A DNA stretch of 64,000 nucleotides from a phage. Shown one piece after another: positions 1 through 8,806 of the stretch (the first letter of the stretch is position 1; each line of letters starts with the position of its first letter). Location: NCBI GenBank assembly GCA_037574385.1, contig GCA_037574385.1_4529.1; one strand, written 5' to 3'. The notes under the pieces are model-generated. The model did not search any database. It saw only the letters and a list, made by a program, of their open reading frames with translations, and was not told the DNA's origin. The translations under genes were made by a program, and so were the position numbers.

Positions 1-210
1 TGCATCCAACCCTTGTTTAGAACGTTGACGTCCTACAAAGAATCGTGCTGCTACTTGACGCCAATCAGATGAACCTTTAACAAAGAAGTAAAAACCTTCA
101 CGAGAACGAAACTCTTTAGAAACTTCAGAACCATATTCACCATTACGAACTACTGCAACAACTTCACCGCCAACTGCCAGAAGGTCTTTACGAGTTAAAT
201 ATTTGGTCAT
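1..210 (-). CDS. hypothetical protein, 5' partial (about 70 N-terminal codons; continues past window start)
   Basis: ATG at 208-210 (minus) preceded by GAGGAA SD; frame open to window edge; early promoter upstream at 255-283. Confidence 0.45.
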   Translation of the reverse strand, partial: MTKYLTRKDLLAVGGEVVAVVRNGEYGSEVSKEFRSREGFYFFVKGSSDWRQVAARFFVGRQRSKQGLDA

Positions 211-254
211 GCTAATTTCCTCAATTGATTAATGTTTTTGTAATCCATGAGAGC

Positions 255-283
255 ATTATACTCTGCTCTCAAGAGTTTGTACA
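255..283 (-). promoter_or_regulatory. sigma70-type early promoter (TGTACA-N17-TATAAT); -10 flanked by GAGAGC/GCTCTC inverted repeat
   Basis: Minus strand TGTACAAACTCTTGAGAGCAGAGTATAATGCTCTC; near-identical copy at 44650-44678. Confidence 0.5.
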
Positions 284-286
284 ATT

Positions 287-487
287 TTATTCGGTCATAT
301 CAGAACGTTCAAAAAGCTCTTCAACAGTTAAACATTCGGTGTCATCCTCAATAAAGAATCGGGTCCAACACGTTGGGGCGATGCAGTTATGAGTTTGTCC
401 AGCTATAGAAGCTACACGAATAAGCTGCTGACCATTATTCAGGACAAATTTTTCACCAATTTCAACATCTTTAAAAAGCTTAGCCAT
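287..487 (-). CDS. hypothetical small early protein (66 aa)
   Basis: Track ORF 287-547 trimmed to internal ATG (MAKLF...) with GAGGAA SD; upstream codons are a translated promoter. Confidence 0.5.
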   Translation of the reverse strand: MAKLFKDVEIGEKFVLNNGQQLIRVASIAGQTHNCIAPTCWTRFFIEDDTECLTVEELFERSDMTE

Positions 488-515
488 TTTGTATTCCTCA
501 TGTTTAAGTAGGACT

Positions 516-545
516 ACTATACCATAATCATACCGTGATGTAAAC
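516..545 (-). promoter_or_regulatory. early promoter (GTTTACA-N17-TGnTATAGT)
   Basis: Minus strand GTTTACATCACGGTATGATTATGGTATAGT, about 30 nt upstream of ATG at 487. Confidence 0.5.
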
Positions 546-737
546 AATTAAATTACATTAAAATATGTTAAAGCCAACCATGTTCCAGTGAACGAACATG
601 CAATGTAAAAAACCGTATCACAAATTGTTTTTAGTACAATAAGAAGTGCATTTTTCATAAGTACCTCAATGCAATTGAAAATATTATACAAATCATAGGG
701 ATACTAAGCAACCATATTCCGATCCACATTTTAGAGC

Positions 738-1001
738 TCATATCTCAACTTCCGCGAGTTCCATATATCCTTTGCTGATAACCTCTTTAAGGTCTTTAGA
801 AAGAATAACATCAAAATGGTCGTTCATATGTCCATTAACCAGACGAGTTATTTCGGCTTCAGATGACATATAAGGCACGTCTGAGTCCCAATGAGATAGA
901 CCTAAATGGGTATAAATCATCCCTTCGTCGTCTGCGGTGTTGTACATTGAAACAAACTCACCTGTCACTTTATGTTTTGCGTAGAAAAATTTAAATTTCA
1001 T
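738..1001 (-). CDS. hypothetical protein (87 aa)
   Basis: ORF with AGAGGA SD; early promoter at 1028-1057. Confidence 0.5.
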   Translation of the reverse strand: MKFKFFYAKHKVTGEFVSMYNTADDEGMIYTHLGLSHWDSDVPYMSSEAEITRLVNGHMNDHFDVILSKDLKEVISKGYMELAEVEI

Positions 1002-1027
1002 GATGTTATCCTCTTTTAGATAGGACT

Positions 1028-1057
1028 ACTGTATCATAGTCCTACTTAGTTGTAAAC
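1028..1057 (-). promoter_or_regulatory. early promoter (GTTTACA-N17-TACAGT); -10 inside TAGGACTA/TAGTCCTA palindrome
   Basis: Minus strand GTTTACAACTAAGTAGGACTATGATACAGTAGTCCTA. Confidence 0.5.
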
Positions 1058-1069
1058 ACTTTTATGAAA

Positions 1070-1546
1070 TTAAAGTTGAAGATACCACCCGTTGTAGTTG
1101 CTCTTGCGGACGATTTTCTTTAGGTCTTCATGGTCTCCCACGAACTTTATAGAATAAGAGAAGACGTCAGGTGAGGTTTCTTTGACATTCAATATAATAA
1201 TACAGTCTGCAACTCGATGATTCAGGAATGGCCCTATGTTGATTCCGTTGCCACCCGGATAATCACCACTGTATCCTGTGGTAACAGAAATCCATTTAGA
1301 ATCCATCTGATGTGTCTTGACTTCTACACGAATTCCACAATATTTAGGATGGGCTAACACGTCCCATGCATATGTGTACGGGTCTTCTACGTCTTCATTA
1401 CCTTTATTAACATATCCGTCTAGCCAATTTGCTACTACATACTCTGCAAAGACTGCAACCTTACAACGTCGAACTACATCTTCTTTGTTTTGGTCTGGAT
1501 TTTGGCTCAATGAATATCGAGCAGTGTCAGCAATCTTCACCTTCAT
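1070..1546 (-). CDS. hypothetical protein (158 aa; start uncertain, alternative ATG at 1627 gives 185 aa)
   Basis: Long minus ORF; 5' part of track ORF overlaps the upstream gene in another frame, so internal ATG chosen; occupies the position of T4 denB but no recognisable motif. Confidence 0.4.
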   Translation of the reverse strand: MKVKIADTARYSLSQNPDQNKEDVVRRCKVAVFAEYVVANWLDGYVNKGNEDVEDPYTYAWDVLAHPKYCGIRVEVKTHQMDSKWISVTTGYSGDYPGGNGINIGPFLNHRVADCIIILNVKETSPDVFSYSIKFVGDHEDLKKIVRKSNYNGWYLQL

Positions 1547-1562
1547 TTCACTAGTCAAAAAC

Positions 1563-1850
1563 TCATTCGACAGGATAAATGTCGGAAGATTCTTCAGTCT
1601 CAATAGTCCCAAGTTCGTCTTTACCATAGATACCTCTGATGTGTAGTTCGCCAAAATAAATGCGGTCTCCTTCTTCAAGATAGTTAGCATCTACCGGCGG
1701 GATTTCAATAACAACTTCGTCGCATTCTAACCAGCCGTAGTGTGCATCACCAGGATGTTTTACCAATTTAGCACAATAAACTGATTTACACTTATGATGA
1801 CCACGAAGATTAGCAATTTTGGATTCTGATACGTCAAATGGATGAATCAT
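1563..1850 (-). CDS. hypothetical protein (95 aa)
   Basis: Track ORF starts with TTG overlapping rIIB; first ATG at 1850 has AGGGG SD just after the rIIB terminator hairpin. Confidence 0.45.
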   Translation of the reverse strand: MIHPFDVSESKIANLRGHHKCKSVYCAKLVKHPGDAHYGWLECDEVVIEIPPVDANYLEEGDRIYFGELHIRGIYGKDELGTIETEESSDIYPVE

Positions 1851-1860
1851 AATTACCCCT

Positions 1861-1885
1861 AAAGAAAAAGGGGACCGAAGTCCCC
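1861..1885 (-). terminator. intrinsic terminator after rIIB
   Basis: Minus strand GGGGAC-TTCG-GTCCCC hairpin followed by TTTTTCTTT. Confidence 0.6.
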
Positions 1886-1890
1886 AATTA

Positions 1891-2826
1891 TTATTCTGCA
1901 AACAATTCAGTAACGTCTGAAATTACTTCATAACGACAAGTACGCATCTTAGCATCACCATAGTCAACTGGGATGGATACAACATCACGTGGATGAACTT
2001 TAACCTTAACAACTTTATCTGAGCTTGAACCAAAGTGGCGAATATAAGATTTAGCACAAACGTGGAGACCACGAGAACAGGTTTGAGTATCATCGTCGTT
2101 AACTCGAGTACGAGGCATTGAAACAACTTTACCTGGGGAGTTATCAAATGTACCACTATAGCAGTCTAAATAGTCCTTACGAACTACTTTCCACGCGTAG
2201 AAATGCCCATCTTCAGTGATTTCAATATCATTTGCAACCAAGAAGTCGAATAAACGTTGTACAGCTTTTTCGCTCGGGTTTTCTAACAGGTTTTCAAGGA
2301 ACGGCAGATAGAATTTAAAGTCTTCGCCTTTTTCCATGGAATCAATAATACGATTAACCAGACCTGAACGAATTTCTATACCTTGATAAAATAAACTACC
2401 ACCTTCAATAGTAACATTACCGTCAACAAACTTAGTAATAGCTTTCTTGACGTTAATAAGTTCAACAGCTTTACTAAGGTTTCCTGCGACCAGATTAGCT
2501 TTAATTTCTTCAAAATTTGCATGACTTGATGGGGTCGCATTGTATGCTACGCGTCCTTCAATGATTGAAATAAATTTAGATGACGCGTTCCATACGATTT
2601 CTGGACGATGTCCGCCGATAATAGGTTCATCATTTTCTGGGATCTGTTCTTCGTCTTCAAATTCAGCTGCTTTCTCTTCAGCTTTAAAATTCTTAACAAT
2701 CTTACGAAGAGTATCTGTTGAAATGTCGAAGTAATCGGCAATTTCTTTACGAGTCCATTTGCCCGATTCAACCAGGCCGTAAGCTTCTAACTGTTCTTCT
2801 TGGGACAAGCATTTAATATTGTACAT
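1891..2826 (-). CDS. rIIB: rIIB protein (membrane-associated lysis-inhibition/Rex-exclusion protein)
   Basis: 311 aa; near-collinear with recalled T4 rIIB (MYNIKCL..., WNAS.KFISI, C-terminal PRDVVSIPVDY..AKMRTCRYEV). Confidence 0.93.
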   Translation of the reverse strand: MYNIKCLSQEEQLEAYGLVESGKWTRKEIADYFDISTDTLRKIVKNFKAEEKAAEFEDEEQIPENDEPIIGGHRPEIVWNASSKFISIIEGRVAYNATPSSHANFEEIKANLVAGNLSKAVELINVKKAITKFVDGNVTIEGGSLFYQGIEIRSGLVNRIIDSMEKGEDFKFYLPFLENLLENPSEKAVQRLFDFLVANDIEITEDGHFYAWKVVRKDYLDCYSGTFDNSPGKVVSMPRTRVNDDDTQTCSRGLHVCAKSYIRHFGSSSDKVVKVKVHPRDVVSIPVDYGDAKMRTCRYEVISDVTELFAE

Positions 2827-2835
2827 AATGTTTCC

Positions 2836-5049
2836 TTATTTGGCCGCTTCCACGGCCTTCATGAATTTAACGATTTGAGCGACTTGTTCTTTAGAAAGAG
2901 TACCACGTCGTCCCATGTATTCTGACACAATATGATAATTGGTTTCGAATTCAATAACCATTTTATCATCATTATCGTAAGCATTATCTTTAAGCTTATC
3001 GAAAATTTTAGCACACAATTCTAACTTTTTATTCAGTTCTCTGTTAGTAGCACCTGAGAATCGATTCCATCCCCAACGATTATTTACCGTTGAGAGTTTT
3101 GCAAAATCTTTACTGATTTCTTTGTTTTTAGAGCTAAAATACTTACTAAGGAAGTTAAGCTCTTCGTTACGAGTAATATGATTCAAATAAGGCTGTGCTC
3201 TACGACTTGGTGATACATACTCATCATAATCCACTTTATCAATTAGCGTAATATAGTCATTAATTGATTTTTCGAACAAGCATTCTACTTCGCCAAGTTT
3301 ACGAACTTTCTTAGCAATCTGTGGACGAACTACAGTGAACTCTTTAATACCTGACAAATCAGCAATACGGGTCAAGAAATTGGAGTCATAGTTCAACCAA
3401 CCTTTATCTGCGTCAAGACATTCAGCATTAGAACGATTACGAACTATAGCATAACCTTGGATTTCATCTGCTTCACTTGCTGGAATAAAGAGGTCTTCTG
3501 ATACCCAAACATCGTTTTCATTCTTAAAGAATCGATGAGCACTTGGCGATTTAGGACGAGGCTCATTAGTCCGTTTCCTGACTTCAATCCATGGCTTAAC
3601 GATTTGTAAAAGCTCTGAAGTCTTGTACATGTTAATGTTGTCGCCGTCAAAGATAACTTTAAGGCGTTCCAGAAGTTTCATTGCATCTTCGTCTGTAGGG
3701 TCAACGAATAGTACGCTTTTACCAAAACCGCGTGGAACTTTACCGGTTAATTTAACCTCGTCTTTAGACATTTCAATTGAATTAAGAGCTCGCATTAATG
3801 GAACGCGTCCCTTAACGTCGTCAATAACAATTTCAACGTTTTTAATGTTAATGCCAATCAGGCTGTTAATTGAAATAGTTGATGATGAGCTACCACTTTC
3901 ACGAATACGACGAAGACGAGGGGATTCAACGATATCGTATACGACGCCAAGATTACACCACTCAGGCCCCATTTTAAAACGTTTATACAACTCAGAATAA
4001 GTTAGTTGTTCTTTAGAGTATTTCAGTGATTCAATATTAGACCCAGCCTTTTCCATGTATTTACGAGCGGTATAGCCAAGAGAATCAATTTCACGGAACA
4101 CATGACGTGGGTATTTACAATCAATCCATTTCTTAGAATCTTCAGCGAACAATTTAGCATCGATTTCTGCAACGCGTTTATGGATATTTGCTACTGTACG
4201 TTTATCAAACGACAATGCTTCACGAGACGGAGCTACATCTAGTTCACCCATAGGGAATTTAATATAAGCTGTAGTGCATCGTGTCATCATCCATGTTTGT
4301 TCTTTAATAACACTTCCGATTGGATAAACAATACCACCATAAACAGCCATGATATTACCACGTTCACCCCGTGGAGCTTCCTTGGCCAAATATACATCGT
4401 CAAATTCTGGGAAGTATTTAATATCTTTAACACCACGAACTTCTGCTATATCACCTAAAGGACGCATAACATATGCAATTTCAGATGCGAACTTTTCAAA
4501 ATCTTCTGGGTTAACCGGTACGACTACTTCTACACCCGTACGGTCATCAGGACCCATCTTATCTACAAAGGTTGGCTTAATTTGAGGACCCGTGTCATCT
4601 TGGTAGATTACGTAACCACGAACTTCACCGTTGTGATAAGACGTAAGGTTAAACGTATCGGTATATGCTAGCGGAGCTTTAGAGCCGAGCCCGAATCCAC
4701 CAATGAAATCGTTGCTCGATGTTTTAGTTGAAGCAAAATATGAGTTATAGATTCCTGGCTCTTCGTCATTACCTCGAATAGTGAAATCACTCATACCAGG
4801 ACCAAAGTCTCGAACTACAAAACGTGGGTCTAAACGACCTGGAGCCTGAACAATAAACTTATCAGTGCAACCGTTAAGAATTTGTCCATCAATACAGTTT
4901 GTGATTAATTCACGTACACAAGCCAATTCTTTGTTTGTATAAAGGTCATTAGACAAAATCTTATAAACTTTGCTATTGCCTTGAATAGTGAATGCTGTAC
5001 TCTTACCGCCTGAACCAATAATCGTTTCTTTAGCCGTTTCAATAATCAT
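2836..5049 (-). CDS. rIIA: rIIA protein (GHKL-type ATPase domain)
   Basis: 737 aa directly upstream of rIIB as in T4; N-terminal GHKL ATPase-like motifs (ELITNCID, DFGPGM, GGFGLGSK). Confidence 0.9.
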   Translation of the reverse strand: MIIETAKETIIGSGGKSTAFTIQGNSKVYKILSNDLYTNKELACVRELITNCIDGQILNGCTDKFIVQAPGRLDPRFVVRDFGPGMSDFTIRGNDEEPGIYNSYFASTKTSSNDFIGGFGLGSKAPLAYTDTFNLTSYHNGEVRGYVIYQDDTGPQIKPTFVDKMGPDDRTGVEVVVPVNPEDFEKFASEIAYVMRPLGDIAEVRGVKDIKYFPEFDDVYLAKEAPRGERGNIMAVYGGIVYPIGSVIKEQTWMMTRCTTAYIKFPMGELDVAPSREALSFDKRTVANIHKRVAEIDAKLFAEDSKKWIDCKYPRHVFREIDSLGYTARKYMEKAGSNIESLKYSKEQLTYSELYKRFKMGPEWCNLGVVYDIVESPRLRRIRESGSSSSTISINSLIGINIKNVEIVIDDVKGRVPLMRALNSIEMSKDEVKLTGKVPRGFGKSVLFVDPTDEDAMKLLERLKVIFDGDNINMYKTSELLQIVKPWIEVRKRTNEPRPKSPSAHRFFKNENDVWVSEDLFIPASEADEIQGYAIVRNRSNAECLDADKGWLNYDSNFLTRIADLSGIKEFTVVRPQIAKKVRKLGEVECLFEKSINDYITLIDKVDYDEYVSPSRRAQPYLNHITRNEELNFLSKYFSSKNKEISKDFAKLSTVNNRWGWNRFSGATNRELNKKLELCAKIFDKLKDNAYDNDDKMVIEFETNYHIVSEYMGRRGTLSKEQVAQIVKFMKAVEAAK

Positions 5050-5061
5050 ATTTTTCTCTCA

Positions 5062-5262
5062 TCACAAGTTACGTTTAAAAATTTCTGCTACTTCAAGAAG
5101 TTCTTCTTTAGTAGCTGTATCGGTTTGTATTTTATATCGAATTTCTTTAAAGCGTTCTTTAAAGGACTCTGCTGACTCGATATCAAAAAATCTTTGGATA
5201 AGCCGGAATTCCCGGAGCACTGCTTTATCAAAAAGTTCCAAGTCCACGTTATATGTTCTCAT
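5062..5262 (-). CDS. rIIA.1-like small protein
   Basis: 66-aa ORF immediately upstream of rIIA with AAGAGA SD; position and size as T4 rIIA.1. Confidence 0.5.
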   Translation of the reverse strand: MRTYNVDLELFDKAVLREFRLIQRFFDIESAESFKERFKEIRYKIQTDTATKEELLEVAEIFKRNL

Positions 5263-5285
5263 AATATTCTCTTCAGTAGATTCCT

Positions 5286-5345
5286 AGGGCACTATTACTA
5301 AAGACCATATAATCTATCATCTTATGTGTAATAGTGCCTCAGGCG
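5286..5345. repeat. 11-bp inverted repeat with about 29-nt spacer
   Basis: GGCACTATTAC ... GTAATAGTGCC between the glycosyltransferase gene and rIIA.1. Confidence 0.5.
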
Positions 5346-5354
5346 ATTCAGGAT

Positions 5355-6455
5355 TTACGCTGTGAAGATTTTATCCCACATTGCAACAACTGCATCTCGG
5401 TTATACTTCTTCCATACTGCTTCAGCACGTTTAACTCGAGCTTCGTATGTGTCAGTGAATTCTAATACAGCTTTTGTGTAAAGCGCAACTACTTCTTTCT
5501 TAGGAGTAGAGGAATCAATTTCTACACGCACAGTATCTGGGTCATATTCGAATGTCGCATGCGGATAATCCTTAAAAACTAACTGAATTACAGGGACACC
5601 TTTAGAAATGGCTTCAATAGAACTATTCTCTACCGTACCTGTGTCAGGACACGTATTAATAAGTGCTTTAGCTGTTTTAAGACGTTCCATAATTTCACTG
5701 TGTGGAGCATCAATAATAACAGGATACTTAGCCGGTGGTGCCCATTTACTAGGACAGTATCCTGCGCCATTTTCGCCTAGTGCTTTAATCGCTTCAAGAG
5801 CAACATCAGTACGACGCATTTTAGTGTCATAACGTTGTGCACTAATAATCAGATCAGTCGCCGGAAGAACTTCAGGTTTCTCATTCAAACAAATAACCGG
5901 ATAATCTTCGGCTTCAAACAACGGATTTGCTCGCCAATAATCATAATCAATTTTGTCAGTCAGACCTGAAGTCATATAACAATATTTGCGTTCAAATTCA
6001 CGGAAGGCTTTAGTAGGAGCATAACTCTTACCACCGTTCTTATGAATTTGAATAGTCTGGTCCCAAATTTGAACAATGCCACGAGATACCGGCTCAAACG
6101 GTGTTGCCATAAAATTCTTATGAACTTTAGAGAGACCTGCGTCTTTAATTGCCTGAACGGTTAGTTTAGTCGGTTCCATTGTAACAACGAAATCGTACTC
6201 ATTAATGCCGGCTAGTTCAACAATCTTACGAGCCATAGTATAACTCATACCTAGACTGAATTTAGTCAGATGACCAACAGGATGATGATTAACCTTCCAA
6301 TCACCAAACGTGTCATTATCAAAGCCGATATAATCAATATCAGCACCGATGGACACAAGATATTTCAACACATTTAAATGTACTGCTTCAAGACCACCTT
6401 GTACACGTTCTGGGTTAAACGGGACTGCGCGAGATGGGATAAACATAACTTTCAT
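5355..6455 (-). CDS. GT-B fold glycosyltransferase (GT4-like), candidate DNA sugar transferase
   Basis: 366 aa; C-terminal TGTVENSSIEAISKGVPVI resembles the GT4 E-x7-E/G-PVI donor-binding motif; sits between rIIA.1 and gene 39 where T4 has gene 60/mobA. Confidence 0.65.
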   Translation of the reverse strand: MKVMFIPSRAVPFNPERVQGGLEAVHLNVLKYLVSIGADIDYIGFDNDTFGDWKVNHHPVGHLTKFSLGMSYTMARKIVELAGINEYDFVVTMEPTKLTVQAIKDAGLSKVHKNFMATPFEPVSRGIVQIWDQTIQIHKNGGKSYAPTKAFREFERKYCYMTSGLTDKIDYDYWRANPLFEAEDYPVICLNEKPEVLPATDLIISAQRYDTKMRRTDVALEAIKALGENGAGYCPSKWAPPAKYPVIIDAPHSEIMERLKTAKALINTCPDTGTVENSSIEAISKGVPVIQLVFKDYPHATFEYDPDTVRVEIDSSTPKKEVVALYTKAVLEFTDTYEARVKRAEAVWKKYNRDAVVAMWDKIFTA

Positions 6456-6465
6456 AATTAAGCCT

Positions 6466-6499
6466 TATTAAAATTAAAATGAAGCTCCCGAAGGAGCTT
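6466..6499 (-). terminator. intrinsic terminator after gene 39
   Basis: Minus strand AAGCTCC-TTCG-GGAGCTT hairpin overlapping the gp39 stop, followed by CATTTTAATTTT. Confidence 0.5.
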
Positions 6500-8315
6500 A
6501 GGACATCCATTCTTTACGAAGTTCTGAATCATCACCCAACAACATTTCAAAGAGTTCTTTCCAATTTTCAGGAAGTTTAACTACGTCGTACACAGGGTTT
6601 TGAATCATTTCACGATATTCTGACTTTTCAAGGGAGCCCAATCCCTTGATGTATCGAATACTATGCTTAGGCAGTGTATCTTTAGCTTCTTCATACTCAG
6701 CTACAGTATAAAACCATTTTTGAGTTTTGCCGATTTGTGCAATAATTACAGGTGTTTTAACAAAGCGAATACGTCCTTGTTCAAACAATTCAGGCCAATT
6801 ACTAAAGAAAGCAAGCAAAGCCGGATAGATACTTCCAAGACCGTCATGATCGGCATCGGTCATAATTGCAATATTACGATAGTTCGTATTCTCTGCCTTT
6901 TCACCAAGAATAAGACCTGTGATAGCACAGATATCAAAGAGCTCTTTGTTCTTCATCATATCGGCATATGACATACCCCAGCTATTCATCACCTTACCAC
7001 GTAATGGGAATCCGCCGTGTAGTTCACGGTCACGAACATCAATGAGATATCCAATTGCCGAATCACCTTCTGTTAAAAACAATGTCGTATCTGCATCTTT
7101 ACCGCATTGGTTAGCTTTAATATGCTTATGAACCTTAGCTTTAGTTGCCTTTTTAGCTGCTTTAGTTTCTGCAGCCTTTTCTGCTGCCAATTTACGAGCT
7201 AATGCTGCTTCAACAATAGGCATAATCAAGGCTTCGTTTTTAAGAAGTGCCTGAGCAATTTTCTTAGCATCTAATTGGATATGATTACGAATATCACCAT
7301 ACGTTGACGTTAAACGTTCTTTAGTCTGAGAATCAAAACGCATGTTGCTCATGTCTCTAATAAACATCAACATTGTGAGACATTCTTTAACACGAGCTTT
7401 AGTGACTTCAATACCCTTATATTTCTTTTTAATACCCGGCAAAAGATGTTCGCAAATATCATCCATTACACATTCAACATGATGACCACCATTTTTAGTA
7501 TGGATGTTATTCACATAAGTTAAATGACGGAAGCCATCCGGTGATGTTGTGAATGCTATAGAGACTTTATCATTTTCTTGAATGATGTTATCTTCACCAA
7601 ATTGTTTAGCAAATCGTTTAAAATTGCCATCAACCTTTTTACCATTAAATGTGAACTTGATATCAGGATAAACGACTGCCAATGTTTGAAGTCGGTCTAA
7701 AGTAATATCTAAATAAATTTGAGATAAATTATGCTCTTCAAATGAAGTGAAATCAGGAGTGAAGATTACTTTAGTGCCTTTACCTTTAGATTTCTTAGAA
7801 GACCATGATTTGTTTTCCATTCCGTTTGAACAGTTAACAGTGATTTCATTTTCGCCATCTGACGTGATGCCTGTAAACAACGTAGAGAAGATATTAGTTA
7901 AACTACTCCCGACGCCGTTCATACCACCTGTCTTGCGTTCAGAGTCGTCACCAAAGTTACCACCGGCCTTTGGAATAGTCCAGGCTGCTACAGGCCCAGG
8001 AATTTGTTCACCCGTTTGGTCGGTAACTAAACCTTGAGGAATACCACGTCCGTTATCTTCCACTGAAACTTGATTATTTTTAATTTGCACATCAATTTTA
8101 TTTGCAAACTTAAATGATGTACGAATAGCTTCATCAACCGAGTTGTCAATAATCTCATCGATTAATTTAACCAGACCAGGAACATATTCAACTTGTTGAT
8201 ATTTACCAAACAAAAAACGCTCATGTGCTTCTTTAGCTGAAGAACCAATATACATACCACTACGTTTCTTAATATGTTCTACATCTGACAGTACCTTAAT
8301 TTCATTTTTAATCAT
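6498..8315 (-). CDS. 39: DNA topoisomerase II large subunit (ATPase), unsplit gp39/gp60 form
   Basis: 605 aa; N-terminus MIKNEIKVLSDVEHIKKRSGMYIGS and GyrB-like ATPase/TOPRIM motifs match recalled T4 gp39; GAGGAG SD. Confidence 0.93.
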   Translation of the reverse strand: MIKNEIKVLSDVEHIKKRSGMYIGSSAKEAHERFLFGKYQQVEYVPGLVKLIDEIIDNSVDEAIRTSFKFANKIDVQIKNNQVSVEDNGRGIPQGLVTDQTGEQIPGPVAAWTIPKAGGNFGDDSERKTGGMNGVGSSLTNIFSTLFTGITSDGENEITVNCSNGMENKSWSSKKSKGKGTKVIFTPDFTSFEEHNLSQIYLDITLDRLQTLAVVYPDIKFTFNGKKVDGNFKRFAKQFGEDNIIQENDKVSIAFTTSPDGFRHLTYVNNIHTKNGGHHVECVMDDICEHLLPGIKKKYKGIEVTKARVKECLTMLMFIRDMSNMRFDSQTKERLTSTYGDIRNHIQLDAKKIAQALLKNEALIMPIVEAALARKLAAEKAAETKAAKKATKAKVHKHIKANQCGKDADTTLFLTEGDSAIGYLIDVRDRELHGGFPLRGKVMNSWGMSYADMMKNKELFDICAITGLILGEKAENTNYRNIAIMTDADHDGLGSIYPALLAFFSNWPELFEQGRIRFVKTPVIIAQIGKTQKWFYTVAEYEEAKDTLPKHSIRYIKGLGSLEKSEYREMIQNPVYDVVKLPENWKELFEMLLGDDSELRKEWMS

Positions 8316-8337
8316 GTTGTCTCCTCGTTATGAAGGT

Positions 8338-8364
8338 ATTCTATCATCCGAAATCTAAAGCAAA
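8338..8364 (-). promoter_or_regulatory. middle-type promoter (MotA box TTTGCTTTA, 12-nt spacer, TAGAAT) for gene 39
   Basis: Minus strand TTTGCTTTAGATTTCGGATGATAGAAT; MotA box abuts the T-run of terminator 8355-8380. Confidence 0.45.
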
Positions 8365-8380
8365 AAGGGCCGAAGCCCTT
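8355..8380 (-). terminator. intrinsic terminator
   Basis: Minus strand AAGGGC-TTCG-GCCCTT followed by TTTTGCTTT. Confidence 0.5.
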
Positions 8381-8804
8381 ATTTAAATTTAATTTTCTGA
8401 AGTGCATCAATTGCAGCCAAACGCCCTTGTTCACTTTTAACTGTAATGACCACATCGCCTGATACGATCACCGAACCATCAACAAATTCTATAGAGTCTT
8501 TTTTGAAATCGACAGCTGTATCTGGTTCCGGAACTTCTTCAAAGAATTTAAATTCTGCACCATAAATCAGAATATCACCTTGCATACTATGAATAGTTCG
8601 GCCATAATCGCCTACGGCTTCTACAGCAATCATTGAAACACCGTAACCAATCATCTCTTCCACAATAAAATCTTTAGACAATAAAGTAGTATGCAGATTA
8701 GTATTAAGACGTTTACCAGTCGTATTAAGAATTCTCAAGAAATTATCTTCCTGTCCTTTGATAATACGGTATTTCTTGCCAATTTCAAAACCTTTAAAAG
8801 CCAT
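8379..8804 (-). CDS. hypothetical protein (141 aa; goF position)
   Basis: ORF with ATG at 8804; size and position as T4 goF, no motif support. Confidence 0.45.
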   Translation of the reverse strand: MAFKGFEIGKKYRIIKGQEDNFLRILNTTGKRLNTNLHTTLLSKDFIVEEMIGYGVSMIAVEAVGDYGRTIHSMQGDILIYGAEFKFFEEVPEPDTAVDFKKDSIEFVDGSVIVSGDVVITVKSEQGRLAAIDALQKIKFK

Positions 8805-8806
8805 AA

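Noticed and set aside
1317-1646. Plus-strand ORF (109 aa) antisense to the minus-strand genes near rIIB
   Set aside because: Fully embedded antisense in better-supported minus-strand coding sequence; low-complexity Ser/Thr-rich translation; no SD
2547-2771. Alternative-frame minus-strand ORFs inside rIIB and rIIA (also 1923-2156, 3444-3650), inside gp62 (36426-36656), gp46 (40310-40567), nrdD (48956-49150) and the AAA ATPase (56194-56394)
   Set aside because: Out-of-frame overlaps with conserved genes; no independent start signals
3623-4000. Plus-strand ORF (125 aa) inside rIIA; similar antisense ORFs at 4349-4585, 6663-6971, 7747-8037, 12806-13153, 34388-34774, 40276-40764 and 56268-56573
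   Set aside because: All lie antisense within genes with strong homology support and lack ribosome-binding sites
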